Positions 53,410 to 62,214 of a stretch of 64,000 nucleotides of DNA are shown piece by piece. The position numbers and the translations under genes are program-made. Numbering within the stretch: the stretch's first letter is position 1; every line of letters begins with the position of its first letter. The notes beneath the pieces are model-generated. The model saw only the letters and a list, made by a program, of their open reading frames with translations. It was not told the origin of the DNA and made no database searches. Origin of the DNA: a virus. The stretch spans positions 1-64,000 of IMG/VR virus record IMGVR_UViG_3300020183_000039, one strand, 5' to 3'.

Positions 53410-54250
53410 GGTCCGCCTCCAGACGAGTAGTTATGGCCTGTTTGTTGAGCTCTGGGATGCCACTTCCCTCCCTGACGTCATCTCTGTACCTCTCGATGTT
53501 CTCCATTGCGTCGAACACCAGAGGGAAGCTGAGAGCCCGGTTAGCAGGGAAGTCCCGCCAGGCTATCATTTCAGCAAGAGTGTAAGGTGAATCTTCTTCC
53601 CAAGCCTCGTCTCTGGCACCATACAGGAGCGGGAGGCCGTCATTGACCCACCACTCCCGAACGATGGGGACGTACTTGTCCCAAGTACCAGGTTCGACAA
53701 GCGATAGTTTGCACTCCTCGCGGAACGCTTTGACGTAGTGGCGCCCGCGCTTGACGACTTCTACCGCGCTCGGAGGTACCTCCTCGAGGATATAGGCCTC
53801 CTCGCCGCTCATGACCCTTTCGTAGACAGACGGGAAGAGGATCGCCTGAGATATCAACTCGAAGTCGGGAGCAGTATCGCCCTGCTTCGACCAGTTAGAT
53901 ATGTTGAAGAGGATCGAATCGAAGATCGCCACTGTGCGGGCTTTCTTCACGGCCTCGGTCGTCACCGTGGTCTTGGCTGCCGTGGCATTGGCCTTCTCGA
54001 GCTCGGCCTCTAGCTCCTGGATGCGCCTCTGGAGCTTTCGATTCTCAGTCGTCGCAGCCCGCTCGACTTTGGCTTTGTAGGCGTCTAGACCTTGCCCGAT
54101 CTTGTCGGCCGCGATCGTCATCTTGCCCATGTGCTCTTCGAGCTTCTGCACCCAGAGGTTGAACGAGTTCTCGAGCTTCTTGATGTCCGCCACCATCTCA
54201 TCCTTCTGAGTGTTGAGGCGGTTAAGCTCGTAGTCGATCCAGTGGTGCAT
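53402..54250 (-). CDS. Hypothetical protein with an N-terminal coiled coil
   Basis: 282 aa; CATAAT box upstream. Confidence 0.65.
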   Translation of the reverse strand: MHHWIDYELNRLNTQKDEMVADIKKLENSFNLWVQKLEEHMGKMTIAADKIGQGLDAYKAKVERAATTENRKLQRRIQELEAELEKANATAAKTTVTTEAVKKARTVAIFDSILFNISNWSKQGDTAPDFELISQAILFPSVYERVMSGEEAYILEEVPPSAVEVVKRGRHYVKAFREECKLSLVEPGTWDKYVPIVREWWVNDGLPLLYGARDEAWEEDSPYTLAEMIAWRDFPANRALSFPLVFDAMENIERYRDDVREGSGIPELNKQAITTRLEADLD

Positions 54251-54274
54251 CAGAGTTGGTTCCTGTTTGGTGTA

Positions 54275-54880
54275 TTATGCTACCAAGGACGCCCCGGTAG
54301 ATTTAGATTCCAAGCCGCAACCTCTATCGCTTCGCGTCGACAAAGCCCCTGCTGACGAGCTACGCGGTAACGGGTCTCGTACTGCCTCTCTTTTCCTAAG
54401 CTTCTGGCTGTCTCCCAGAACGCTCGGCAACGGTTGTCCAATTCGCCATCCATGGCGGTGGTACCTGACAAGAAAGCCTTTGAGGGCTCCGTCGTTGACC
54501 TCGTCGGGAAGTGGCCTGTGCCCCTTAACGAAAATCCTCCACGAGTCGAAGGCGTATTGCCCACAACCGTAGAGGCTTCGGGGATCTTTTCGATCCCATT
54601 CAATGTACTGCTCCGACATCTTTCTGAGCCGCTTGGCCTTGACGTTCGAGAAACCGTGAGGCTTCAGTAGTTCCTCAAGCGAGGAATCTGAAGACGCGAG
54701 CTCTGCGGCGATCGGCCATCTTTCGAACAAACTTTCTAAGCAGATGTCCCAGGCCTCTGTCCTGCGGCTCTGATTTAGCAGGATGGCTGAGACAAGGATG
54801 TGCCATTCGGTCGGGAGAGACTCTTGGATGAGCCACTCTCTTGCGTAGGAACTCGAGAGGGGCGGGTTGGTTTCCGACAT
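54275..54880 (-). CDS. MBD4-like HhH DNA glycosylase (G:T mismatch type)
   Basis: WHILVSAILLNQS...LFERWP...LKPHGFSNVKAKRLRKMS...LYGCGQYAFDSWRIF...VNDGAL. Confidence 0.8.
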   Translation of the reverse strand: MSETNPPLSSSYAREWLIQESLPTEWHILVSAILLNQSRRTEAWDICLESLFERWPIAAELASSDSSLEELLKPHGFSNVKAKRLRKMSEQYIEWDRKDPRSLYGCGQYAFDSWRIFVKGHRPLPDEVNDGALKGFLVRYHRHGWRIGQPLPSVLGDSQKLRKREAVRDPLPRSSSAGALSTRSDRGCGLESKSTGASLVA

Positions 54881-54895
54881 CGAATTTGCTTCGTT

Positions 54896-55459
54896 TCACT
54901 TCACGCGTCGTACTGATGCTTTGAGCTGGTCCGCGTTGAGGTCTACCACTTCGACCCTGAAATCGAAAAGCTTCTCGGGATCCGAGAGGAGGTGGAACTG
55001 GCCGGAGAAGCAGTCGTTCTCTGAGTCGCGGAGGAACTCGTTAGCGGGAGTCGGAGGCTCGCAGAGCGCGATGTCTCCAGCAACCTCGGGAGCGGCCTCC
55101 TCGATCGCGCGGATCAGGCGAGCGTTGATCGTCGAGGTGATCGCGAACTCTTCCTCAGTCTTGATCGAGGAGTAGTATTGCTCGTCCTCACTTGGGTGAA
55201 GCTCGATGGCATTGCCATTCTGGAGGATCACCTGGACCACCCGCTCGTCCTCGGGCTTCAATCGAAAGCACACCTCGGGAGATCCGAACTCGGCATCTTC
55301 CTCGCAGTCCGCTTCGAGAATGCGAATCTCGATCAGGTCGTAGAAGGCGCCAGCAAGAGTCTCCCAGTCCGGACCATCAAGGATCTTGGCGATAGCCATG
55401 AAGATCTTCGGGTTGGCCAGCAGTCGCTCCGTGGGGTAGATGATCTGCGTTGTATCCAT
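54896..55459 (-). CDS. Acidic hypothetical protein
   Basis: Probable start MDTTQ at 55459, 30 nt after a TGGTAA motif. Confidence 0.6.
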   Translation of the reverse strand: MDTTQIIYPTERLLANPKIFMAIAKILDGPDWETLAGAFYDLIEIRILEADCEEDAEFGSPEVCFRLKPEDERVVQVILQNGNAIELHPSEDEQYYSSIKTEEEFAITSTINARLIRAIEEAAPEVAGDIALCEPPTPANEFLRDSENDCFSGQFHLLSDPEKLFDFRVEVVDLNADQLKASVRRVK

Positions 55460-55502
55460 GAACTCCACAGGAGGCTTCACGGATTGATTTTACCAATCTA
55501 GA

Positions 55503-56201
55503 TCAGAAGTAGATCAACTGCCGGTCTTCGATTCTGTAGACAGGCAGGCGCCCGCCCTCGTTGCCGCAAGAGCCATCGAGTACGATCGAAGAGTCGCTGA
55601 TGTGTACGCAGTGGTAGTGGCCAGCAACGCGTGTCCACGGGAAAGTCTTGTCGGTTTCCCACCAACGAACGCGCTGCCCGGTCGCGTGGTCGATCTTGCC
55701 GTAGAGCATCATGCCGCGAGCCTTGGAGTTAGTGTCCTCGTAGAGCACAGGTCGTGCCATGGCTTCGTTGATCTCCCCGCCGATCCAGCTAGGGAAATAG
55801 GCGTGAGCCGCTCTGTACTCTCTCAAGCGAGAATCTTTGAAGATGTAGCCGTAGTAAGCTTTGGACAGCCAGGTCCGGATCTCCTCGCGGTCGATGTTCG
55901 TATCGTCGAACTCCTTGATCGTGCGTGCCAGCCCTGGCGTCTTAACCAGATCGACCGGGTTGCCCTTGTAGAACCGGAGGAGCTTGTCCTGGTGGTTCGA
56001 ATGGATGACCACGGCCCCGAACGCGTCCTGGAAGGTGCGCACTAGGCCGTAGACCTCAGCGGTCTCGGACGTGTTACAGCGTGAGTCGAACAGGTCACCG
56101 AGGAGGATGACGAGGCAGTCCGGGATCTGAGCCGCGTACTCTAGAGCTTTCTCCAGCGGGCGCGCTTGCGAGTGCACGTCGCCGATGATCAAAGTTTCCA
56201 T
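55503..56201 (-). CDS. Calcineurin-like metallophosphoesterase (Pnkp phosphatase-like)
   Basis: IIGDVH, LGDLFD, SNHQ, AAHA, AGHYH, LDGSC; start METLII coupled to the kinase stop. Confidence 0.8.
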   Translation of the reverse strand: METLIIGDVHSQARPLEKALEYAAQIPDCLVILLGDLFDSRCNTSETAEVYGLVRTFQDAFGAVVIHSNHQDKLLRFYKGNPVDLVKTPGLARTIKEFDDTNIDREEIRTWLSKAYYGYIFKDSRLREYRAAHAYFPSWIGGEINEAMARPVLYEDTNSKARGMMLYGKIDHATGQRVRWWETDKTFPWTRVAGHYHCVHISDSSIVLDGSCGNEGGRLPVYRIEDRQLIYF

Positions 56202-56650
56202 CAGATGCGTATCGTGGCGGTGAAGCCCTCTTTGTCGATAGACGAGAGCTGGGATTTCAGGATGCACCACATGTTCTCCACCACGTGGTCTGGCACCTCG
56301 CGGTCCCGAGCCGAGTTGCGGGCCAAGCACTCTTCAAGAGTGGCGTCGACGACCACCCCGATCACGGTCTCGTACCCGGAGCGTCGTAACAGGTTGATCG
56401 CCTCGCGGCGGTAGGAGGTCCTGTAGTGGGTCGCGTCTAAGATAACGGGGTTACCTACGTTAGTGCTGACCTTGCGTTCTAGGACCTTCTTGATCTCCGC
56501 CCAGTCGCCCTGGATCCTCTCCGACCCGTAGAGCTCCTCTCGGATCGTGTCGGTCGAAACGACAAGAGCCCCGACTACGTCAGCCAGGACTCTAGCACGT
56601 GTGGTCTTGCCAGAGCCCGGGGCCCCGATCATGACATACGCGGCGGTCAT
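56201..56650 (-). CDS. Polynucleotide kinase-like P-loop protein (AAA_33)
   Basis: GAPGSGKTT, STDTIR, ILDAT, CLARNSARDREVP. Confidence 0.85.
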   Translation of the reverse strand: MTAAYVMIGAPGSGKTTRARVLADVVGALVVSTDTIREELYGSERIQGDWAEIKKVLERKVSTNVGNPVILDATHYRTSYRREAINLLRRSGYETVIGVVVDATLEECLARNSARDREVPDHVVENMWCILKSQLSSIDKEGFTATIRI

Positions 56651-56672
56651 CTTGTTCCTTTATGCCATTCCA

Positions 56673-56700
56673 ATTCTATCCGAGTCTGACTTAAGCAAAC
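56673..56700 (-). promoter_or_regulatory. Early promoter
   Basis: GTTTGC-N16-TAGAAT. Confidence 0.6.
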
Positions 56701-56718
56701 CTGGCTTGTACCGGCTGA

Positions 56719-57501
56719 TCAAGTGGTTTCTCTGAGAGCGATACCGGTGATGATGCCAGTGAAGAAAGAGCCCGTATCGATCCTTAGCACGTCTCCGGTC
56801 TTCGTCTCGTAGACCACTGGCTCTCCGTTGCGGCAGATCGTGTGCCCGTGCACTGTCAGATAGTCTTTGCCGTAGCCTTCGACATGGCGATCCCAGATCA
56901 GAACCTCTGGATCTTGCTCGTCAAGCGGGACCCCGGACTCGACCGAAGCGTGGCTCACGAGAAGCTTTCGAGGCTCGTCGTGCTCCCACTCGATCTCAGA
57001 AGGATGCTCGTAGTAGAGCGGAAGAGTCTCCAGCCATGACCACATGTCGGTATCGGTCATGAAGTCGAAGTTCTCCTTCGTGCCGCCATTCTGCTTCCAG
57101 AGCTGGTATTTGCCTTTGGCCAGCCGGAACGGATTGCCCTGGACGTGTTCGTCTTTGGACTCCTTGTAAGCGTCCAGTGCCATCTGCTCGTGGTTGCCGC
57201 GGACTACGTGCACAGCTTTGAGCCCGTACGACTTGGGCTTCTCGTGGATAGCGCGCACCGTGCGAAGCACAACGTCACTGTCGTCACCTCGGTCGATCAA
57301 GTCGCCAGTGAAGACCAGCGTGCATCTAGTACCATAAACCTGGGCTAGTATCTGACGAAGAGCGTCAGCGCAACCATGGATGTCACCGATGACCACGACG
57401 GATTTGTCGTCGAGCTTGTGATCGGCTAGAAGGACACCTTGCTGTTGGAGTTGGTTTTCCATGGGTCCATCATAAACTATAAAGGAGCCATTAAGGAGCA
57501 A
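56719..57501 (-). CDS. Ser/Thr protein phosphatase-like metallophosphoesterase
   Basis: GDIHG, GDLIDRG, RGNHE, HGHT, IDTG; the true start is probably MENQL near 57462. Confidence 0.88.
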   Translation of the reverse strand: MLLNGSFIVYDGPMENQLQQQGVLLADHKLDDKSVVVIGDIHGCADALRQILAQVYGTRCTLVFTGDLIDRGDDSDVVLRTVRAIHEKPKSYGLKAVHVVRGNHEQMALDAYKESKDEHVQGNPFRLAKGKYQLWKQNGGTKENFDFMTDTDMWSWLETLPLYYEHPSEIEWEHDEPRKLLVSHASVESGVPLDEQDPEVLIWDRHVEGYGKDYLTVHGHTICRNGEPVVYETKTGDVLRIDTGSFFTGIITGIALRETT

Positions 57502-57668
57502 AGTGAATCAATCCGGGAACTGGTCACCTTTGCCACTTAGACTTTTGGCAAAGAGTTCGGTCCACTCCTCGAGCTCTTCGGTTCGCATGACCGTGAGACC
57601 ATTGTCTTGGATCAGGTCGTGGAGCTGCTGGACTCTGTCCAGCTCTTCTTGAGTGATCATAATGTCTC

Positions 57669-57878
57669 TCATGCGCACAGTCCGTGGTCGGTCGCGTAGC
57701 GCCCCTTGTCTCCCTTCTTCAGTCGAAGAGCAAGCATCAGGGAGTCTTCGGCCGAAAGGCTTCTTACCTCCCCGATGTACTCACCGAAAGGATCCCTAAC
57801 GCGGACGACGTGGACCGAGCGGCCGCCTGAGCCGCCCAGAGTCCCGTCTTCGTAGAGCTCGAAGATGTAGCCTGTCAT
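57669..57878 (-). CDS. Hypothetical protein
   Basis: AGGAGG RBS and an upstream promoter. Confidence 0.6.
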   Translation of the reverse strand: MTGYIFELYEDGTLGGSGGRSVHVVRVRDPFGEYIGEVRSLSAEDSLMLALRLKKGDKGRYATDHGLCA

Positions 57879-57907
57879 TGACCTCCTTTGTGGTCCTATA
57901 TGTTCAT

Positions 57908-57935
57908 TCTATACCCGAGCCGAGCAACCGTAAAC
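57908..57935 (-). promoter_or_regulatory. Early promoter
   Basis: GTTTAC-N16-TATAGA(AT). Confidence 0.6.
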
Positions 57936-57939
57936 AACT

Positions 57940-58149
57940 CTACTGCAATGTGGTCGCCATCTCGAGGGCGATGCGGCGAAGATCGTCGGACGTCATGTGC
58001 TCGAGCCCAGCTTCGTCCATGATGTCCGCGGTCTTCTTCAGGTACGAGATGAGCGAATCGAGGATAGCGTTGCTCAGGTGCTGCTCGAGCAGTTTCTCGA
58101 GCTCCTGCTGAGTGTAGCCAGGTGGAGCGATGATTTGAACTTCGCTCAT
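57940..58149 (-). CDS. Hypothetical protein
   Basis: 69 aa, overlaps the upstream stop. Confidence 0.55.
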   Translation of the reverse strand: MSEVQIIAPPGYTQQELEKLLEQHLSNAILDSLISYLKKTADIMDEAGLEHMTSDDLRRIALEMATTLQ

Positions 58150-58544
58150 TTGTCTACGTTGAAGACTGGAGCAGGGATGCTTCCTTGGCTTGGGATCATG
58201 TACACGGTCTTGTTACCATTCTTGTTACCCTCTTCAAGGCCCGTGATCCAAAGATATGACAGGTAGTCGCGGTTGCCCTTGAGGCTATCGCCGATGATCT
58301 GGTTGGCCTGAGCGACACCTTTGGCACGTTCGACCTCGGCCTGAGCAAGCTCTTTGGCAGAGTCGAGCTTGGCCTTGGCCTCGAGCACGGCCACTTGACG
58401 GGTGAACTCGGCCTCCTGGAGCTGAGCTTTACCGCTGAGGGTCTTGGTGTACACGCCGTACTGTGGCAAGCCGAAAGCCAAGCCGCCGACGACGATGGCA
58501 CCAAGCAGGCCGATGATGATCGCGCTAGACTCGTCGTTTCGCAT
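58146..58544 (-). CDS. Membrane protein, SPFH/band-7-like fragment
   Basis: N-terminal TM, PQYGVY...GKAQL..AE...AEVERAKGVAQANQIIGDSL. Confidence 0.7.
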   Translation of the reverse strand: MRNDESSAIIIGLLGAIVVGGLAFGLPQYGVYTKTLSGKAQLQEAEFTRQVAVLEAKAKLDSAKELAQAEVERAKGVAQANQIIGDSLKGNRDYLSYLWITGLEEGNKNGNKTVYMIPSQGSIPAPVFNVDK

Positions 58545-58626
58545 TAGTCTTGTGGGTTGTTGTGGACTAGCAGGTGGTTGAGGAATGCAGCCGAGAAGGC
58601 CGAAGCAATCCAAAGAAGGAAGAAGC

Positions 58627-58809
58627 TCATTCCCAGAACCGATCTCCTAAGCCAAGGGCCATAACCATTGTAGCATAATCACCCTCAGAAGTAAACCCGG
58701 AAGCCGCCCATCGATCGTAGGCGCACTTGTAGACGAAACCCCAGAGCTGCTGCTTCTTGGTCATCTGGTACCTCTCAGCCGCGATGCGGGCCTTGTTGAT
58801 CGTGTCCAT
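58627..58809 (-). CDS. Hypothetical protein
   Basis: 60 aa, coupled to the upstream stop. Confidence 0.5.
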   Translation of the reverse strand: MDTINKARIAAERYQMTKKQQLWGFVYKCAYDRWAASGFTSEGDYATMVMALGLGDRFWE

Positions 58810-59450
58810 CAGATGTCGAGGTCGACGTAGGATAGCTCTCCGAGGCCGATGAACTCGACCCCGTCGAACACGGTGTGGTGATCGAAGTGCCAGTGCCCGT
58901 GGATCCAGAGCTCTGGCTTGTGCACGTAGAGCAGGTTGTCGAAGAACTGCCGTGTGACGCTGGGGATGTCGTACTTGTACTTGTTCTTCACGCTAAGGAC
59001 GTGGTTCACCATGGTCTCGGGGCACTCGTGGGAGACAACGACCTTCGGACGAGCCTCCTCGTAAGCGTCCATGAGCGTGAGAAACTCCGAGTAGCTGAGC
59101 TCTTCGTCGGCCCACCAGTCCCAGCCCTCCGTGCGAAGATGCTTGTCAATCGACAGAGCACCGCCAACACAGAACACGGAATCGTCAACCAACGCACCGT
59201 CAGGGATCCAACACTGATGAGAACGGCACTGCGAGGGGTTATCATGGTTGCCTCGGATGAACTTGTGGTCGCCCTTGGACATGGCGTCAAAAGGCGGGCG
59301 GGAGTAGATTTCGGTACGAGGGTTGTAGAACCCTATGCCGAGGTCGCCCACTTGGATCGAGCGAGGGACATCCTTGATGAGCTTCTTGTAGCGAGTCCAC
59401 TTGCCGTGGACATCACCGATGAAGCGGATAGTGGTCATGTGTCCATCCAC
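58809..59450 (-). CDS. Metallophosphoesterase
   Basis: IGDVHG, QVGDLG, RGNHD, GGALSID, SHECP, HGHWH. Confidence 0.85.
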   Translation of the reverse strand: MDGHMTTIRFIGDVHGKWTRYKKLIKDVPRSIQVGDLGIGFYNPRTEIYSRPPFDAMSKGDHKFIRGNHDNPSQCRSHQCWIPDGALVDDSVFCVGGALSIDKHLRTEGWDWWADEELSYSEFLTLMDAYEEARPKVVVSHECPETMVNHVLSVKNKYKYDIPSVTRQFFDNLLYVHKPELWIHGHWHFDHHTVFDGVEFIGLGELSYVDLDI

Positions 59451-59680
59451 TCCCAGCCAAGCAAGAATCTGGTCATCAGGCGGCTGAGGCGATTAGGGCG
59501 CTTAGCCACGTGGACGTGAAAGTTCCCGTTGATCCTCCAGCAACCGGCGGTCTTCGGAATTTCGATTTGAGATCCCGCGATCGTGAACGTATTCGGGCAA
59601 GTCAATTTAAGCGGCTCCCCGATATTGTTCTCGGTAACTGTCACGCCCCACGGGTCAGGCACGTTAATCTCGTTGTTCAT
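59435..59680 (-). CDS. Hypothetical protein
   Basis: Probable start MNNEIN overlapping the ligase stop; ends RFLLGWEW. Confidence 0.5.
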   Translation of the reverse strand: MNNEINVPDPWGVTVTENNIGEPLKLTCPNTFTIAGSQIEIPKTAGCWRINGNFHVHVAKRPNRLSRLMTRFLLGWEWMDT

Positions 59681-60759
59681 AGGACTGCGATCTCCTGGTA
59701 CTTCTTCTCTGTCTGCTCGGAGAGCCACTCGGAGAAGCTCGAGTATTTGCCAGCTCTGATACCGAACATGGCGCCGCTCACAGCTTTATGGTGCTCCATG
59801 ACCTGCATAGCGAACTCCTTCTGGTTCAGCTCTCGGTAGAGCCGCACGAAGTCTTCGACCCAGTGGCCGATCACGGCGATCTGAGAGACCCGCAGGTCGA
59901 ACTCCTTGCGATACTCCGGAAAGTAAGTCAAGAACTCTTCGAGATCATCGGCCTTCCAAAGCTCGAAGAAACTCGGGTCGCCATTGCCCTTGACCTGGTG
60001 CATGCGGACGTACGACTCGCCCTTGACCTTCAGTCGGCTACCGTGCTTGTCCACGATGACAAAGCCTTCGTGCTCTGAGCCCTTGAGTGTGGACGCGCAC
60101 TCGAGGATCTTGTCCAGAGATCGGAGGTAGGTCCAGGGTTGCGCGACTTGGAATGTCCCGCTGAAGCCTTCCAAAGGCATCTCGGCCATGGTCGCTTTGT
60201 CGCGCACGGCCAGAAGCGGAAGAGTGTCAAACTTGTGGTTGACGACGACCTTGTTGCGCGACGAGCAGAGCTCGAAGATGTAGACGAGACTCGGTTCCAG
60301 ATCGTCCTTGGAGTACCCGACCTTGCCGAACACCTGCCAGAAGAGCTGCTCGAATGTCATCGGCATCTCGCCGAACCGAATGTCCGCTCCGACGGTCCCG
60401 GACGTGGAGACCACCCAGGTCCCGTAGTGATTGAAGAGCTTGATGAGAGACCCGTCGTACTTCTCGTAGACCCGAGCCGACTTCCAGTCGATCTCAGCGG
60501 CCCACGGCTCTCCCGGGTTGAAGAACCGGTCGAACGCGTACGCCACGGTCTGCCACGTGCCGAACCAGTCCTCGACAACCGCACCACGGCACACTTGCAC
60601 GATGCGGGAGGACTTGTCAGCTATCGGCCCGTACTTCAAGCAGTAGAGGCCGGTGTGGCGCTGGTCGTTCGTGATACGGATGCCTTGCTCCTTGAGCGAC
60701 TCGAGACCATGCTCGGAGATCCACTCTTCGAGGAAGACGACAGATGGGTTCCTTTCCAT
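59677..60759 (-). CDS. RNA ligase (T4 Rnl1-like)
   Basis: CRGAV, FDRFFN, YEKYDGSLI (KxDG), FELC, EGFVI, RLKVK. Confidence 0.85.
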   Translation of the reverse strand: MERNPSVVFLEEWISEHGLESLKEQGIRITNDQRHTGLYCLKYGPIADKSSRIVQVCRGAVVEDWFGTWQTVAYAFDRFFNPGEPWAAEIDWKSARVYEKYDGSLIKLFNHYGTWVVSTSGTVGADIRFGEMPMTFEQLFWQVFGKVGYSKDDLEPSLVYIFELCSSRNKVVVNHKFDTLPLLAVRDKATMAEMPLEGFSGTFQVAQPWTYLRSLDKILECASTLKGSEHEGFVIVDKHGSRLKVKGESYVRMHQVKGNGDPSFFELWKADDLEEFLTYFPEYRKEFDLRVSQIAVIGHWVEDFVRLYRELNQKEFAMQVMEHHKAVSGAMFGIRAGKYSSFSEWLSEQTEKKYQEIAVL

Positions 60760-60770
60760 GAGTTGATCAT

Positions 60771-60800
60771 AAAGAAAGGGCGACCGAGTTAGCCGCCCTT
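60771..60800 (-). terminator. Rho-independent terminator
   Basis: AAGGGCGGC...GTCGCCCTT followed by TCTTT. Confidence 0.6.
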
Positions 60801-60902
60801 GTACCAGTTCATTCGTTGGTCGCTTCGATGATGATCGCAGCTATGACGCCGATGACCCATAGCAGACCGATACCGATGAAGATGTTGAGGCTCCAGACTG
60901 GG

Positions 60903-61220
60903 TCAGTCATCGTTCTCGAGGAACCAGTTGTCAGGTTTGGTGAACCAACATGCCAGGTCGGTAGGATCTTGCGGGCCGATGAGGTGGTTCCGAGGGTCCG
61001 GGTCTCCGAGGTCGAGGTCGTTGAGGAACTCGTTCATGGAGCCCGGCTCAGGCTTTCCCTGGATGGCTTCTCGACGCGCTTGGTTGATGATACGAGCCGC
61101 GGACCGATTGTGGTCTGCCCACTTCTGTGCCCAGGTCATCTCCTCGAAAGAGACGGCGATGCCGCCCGCGATGCGGGCCGCGATGTCCTCGAGGCGAAGG
61201 CGCGTCTCGGTGGAAAGCAT
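60903..61220 (-). CDS. Cyanophage-type hypothetical protein
   Basis: MLST..RLRLE.I...I..G..VS.EEM.WAQK...LDLGDPDP pattern recalled from cyanophage proteins. Confidence 0.65.
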   Translation of the reverse strand: MLSTETRLRLEDIAARIAGGIAVSFEEMTWAQKWADHNRSAARIINQARREAIQGKPEPGSMNEFLNDLDLGDPDPRNHLIGPQDPTDLACWFTKPDNWFLENDD

Positions 61221-61254
61221 GTTGATCTCTCGGCCTGAGGGATCTTACCTCGAA

Positions 61255-61326
61255 AGCCTTCGACTGGATTTGAACCAGCGACCTGCTGTTTACGAAACAG
61301 CTGCACTACCACTGTGCTACGAAGGC
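61255..61326 (-). tRNA. tRNA-Thr(CGT)
   Basis: GCCTTCG/CGAAGGC acceptor stem, GCTGT-TTCGTAA-ACAGC anticodon arm, GGTTCAAATCC T-arm; no encoded CCA. Confidence 0.92.
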
Positions 61327-61327
61327 G

Positions 61328-61467
61328 AAGGCCCCGTTTAACACGTGAGACGCCTCAAGGGCGCACAGAGGTGGGGGCACGAGCGGGGGAGGCCATCCCC
61401 CCGACCTACCGAAGTAGGATTTAGTGCCACCGGCATTCCGGTTTATCTTTCCGGCGCAAAGTGGCAA
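61328..61467 (-). ncRNA. Candidate structured RNA between the two tRNAs
   Basis: TGCCAC/GTGGCA stem enclosing CCGG-AAAGATAAA-CCGG; CCTAC-TTCG-GTAGG; CGGGGG..CCCCCG hairpin; no plausible minus-strand ORF. Confidence 0.55.
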
Positions 61468-61539
61468 CTGGCGTGGCAGGGCTCGAACCTGCGGCCAGCC
61501 GATTAACAGTCGGCGGCTCTACCACTGAGCTACACGCCA
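61468..61539 (-). tRNA. tRNA-Asn(GTT)
   Basis: TGGCGTG/CACGCCA acceptor stem, GCCGA-CTGTTAA-TCGGC anticodon arm, GGTTCGAGCCC T-arm. Confidence 0.92.
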
Positions 61540-61542
61540 ATG

Positions 61543-61568
61543 AAGAAAGGGAGCCCTCTCGAGCTCCC
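61543..61568 (-). terminator. Terminator after the lysozyme-like gene
   Basis: GGGAGCTC-GAGA-GGGCTCCC followed by TTTCTT. Confidence 0.65.
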
Positions 61569-61581
61569 AGTCATCATAGAC

Positions 61582-62214
61582 TCAGCTCTCGAGGGTAAAC
61601 TTACGAGCGTACTCGTAAGCGAAGTGAGTCCGTGCACCGTGATGGCCCCACCCGATCCACTTGTAAGCGGTTCGCATGTAGTCGTCGATGGTGCGGCCTG
61701 GCTTCAGCATCTTGTCCTCGATGGTTTTCCACTGGGGCTCCTCGAAGATGTAGCTGAGCTGGGCGTGAATGGAAGAGGGGTCATGCCCGAGCTTCCGAGC
61801 GTGGGTCCCAAGCCCGCGGAAGCGGTTCTCGGATGTCCACTGGATGAGGCCGAAGCCTCCCGAGCGGCAACCGTGGTAGCCCGCGCGCGCGCCGCCTTCG
61901 CAGACGTTGGGAACGAATGTCGACTCTTGTCGAATGTTCCCCATGATGGTGGCAAGCGCGTTGCGGTCTTTGATTCCGCGGTCTTGAAGCGTCTGGAGCG
62001 CAATCTGTTCGTTTGCGTTGCAGCCCTTACAGATCAGTCGTGGTTCCTTGATTGGTTCTGGAGCGGCCTCTCGGATGGCTACCTTCGTGTCCGGCTCTTC
62101 TCGAATGATCGAGTAGGGGATAGTGGCCGAAGCCACTGGCGAAGGCAGTAGAGCCAATGACGTCGCAGCAGTACCCACCAGGGACACGGCCGCAATCGTG
62201 AGGGACGAAAGCAT
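61582..62214 (-). CDS. Signal-peptide-bearing lysozyme-like cell wall hydrolase (Phage_lysozyme2 type)
   Basis: Hydrophobic N-terminus; ALATIMGNIRQES, GFGLIQWT, AQLSYI. Confidence 0.8.
   Translation of the reverse strand: MLSSLTIAAVSLVGTAATSLALLPSPVASATIPYSIIREEPDTKVAIREAAPEPIKEPRLICKGCNANEQIALQTLQDRGIKDRNALATIMGNIRQESTFVPNVCEGGARAGYHGCRSGGFGLIQWTSENRFRGLGTHARKLGHDPSSIHAQLSYIFEEPQWKTIEDKMLKPGRTIDDYMRTAYKWIGWGHHGARTHFAYEYARKFTLES

Noticed and set aside
56202-56330. N-terminal extension of 55503..56330
   Set aside because: Overlaps the kinase gene; the phosphoesterase motif begins at METLIIGDVH (56201).
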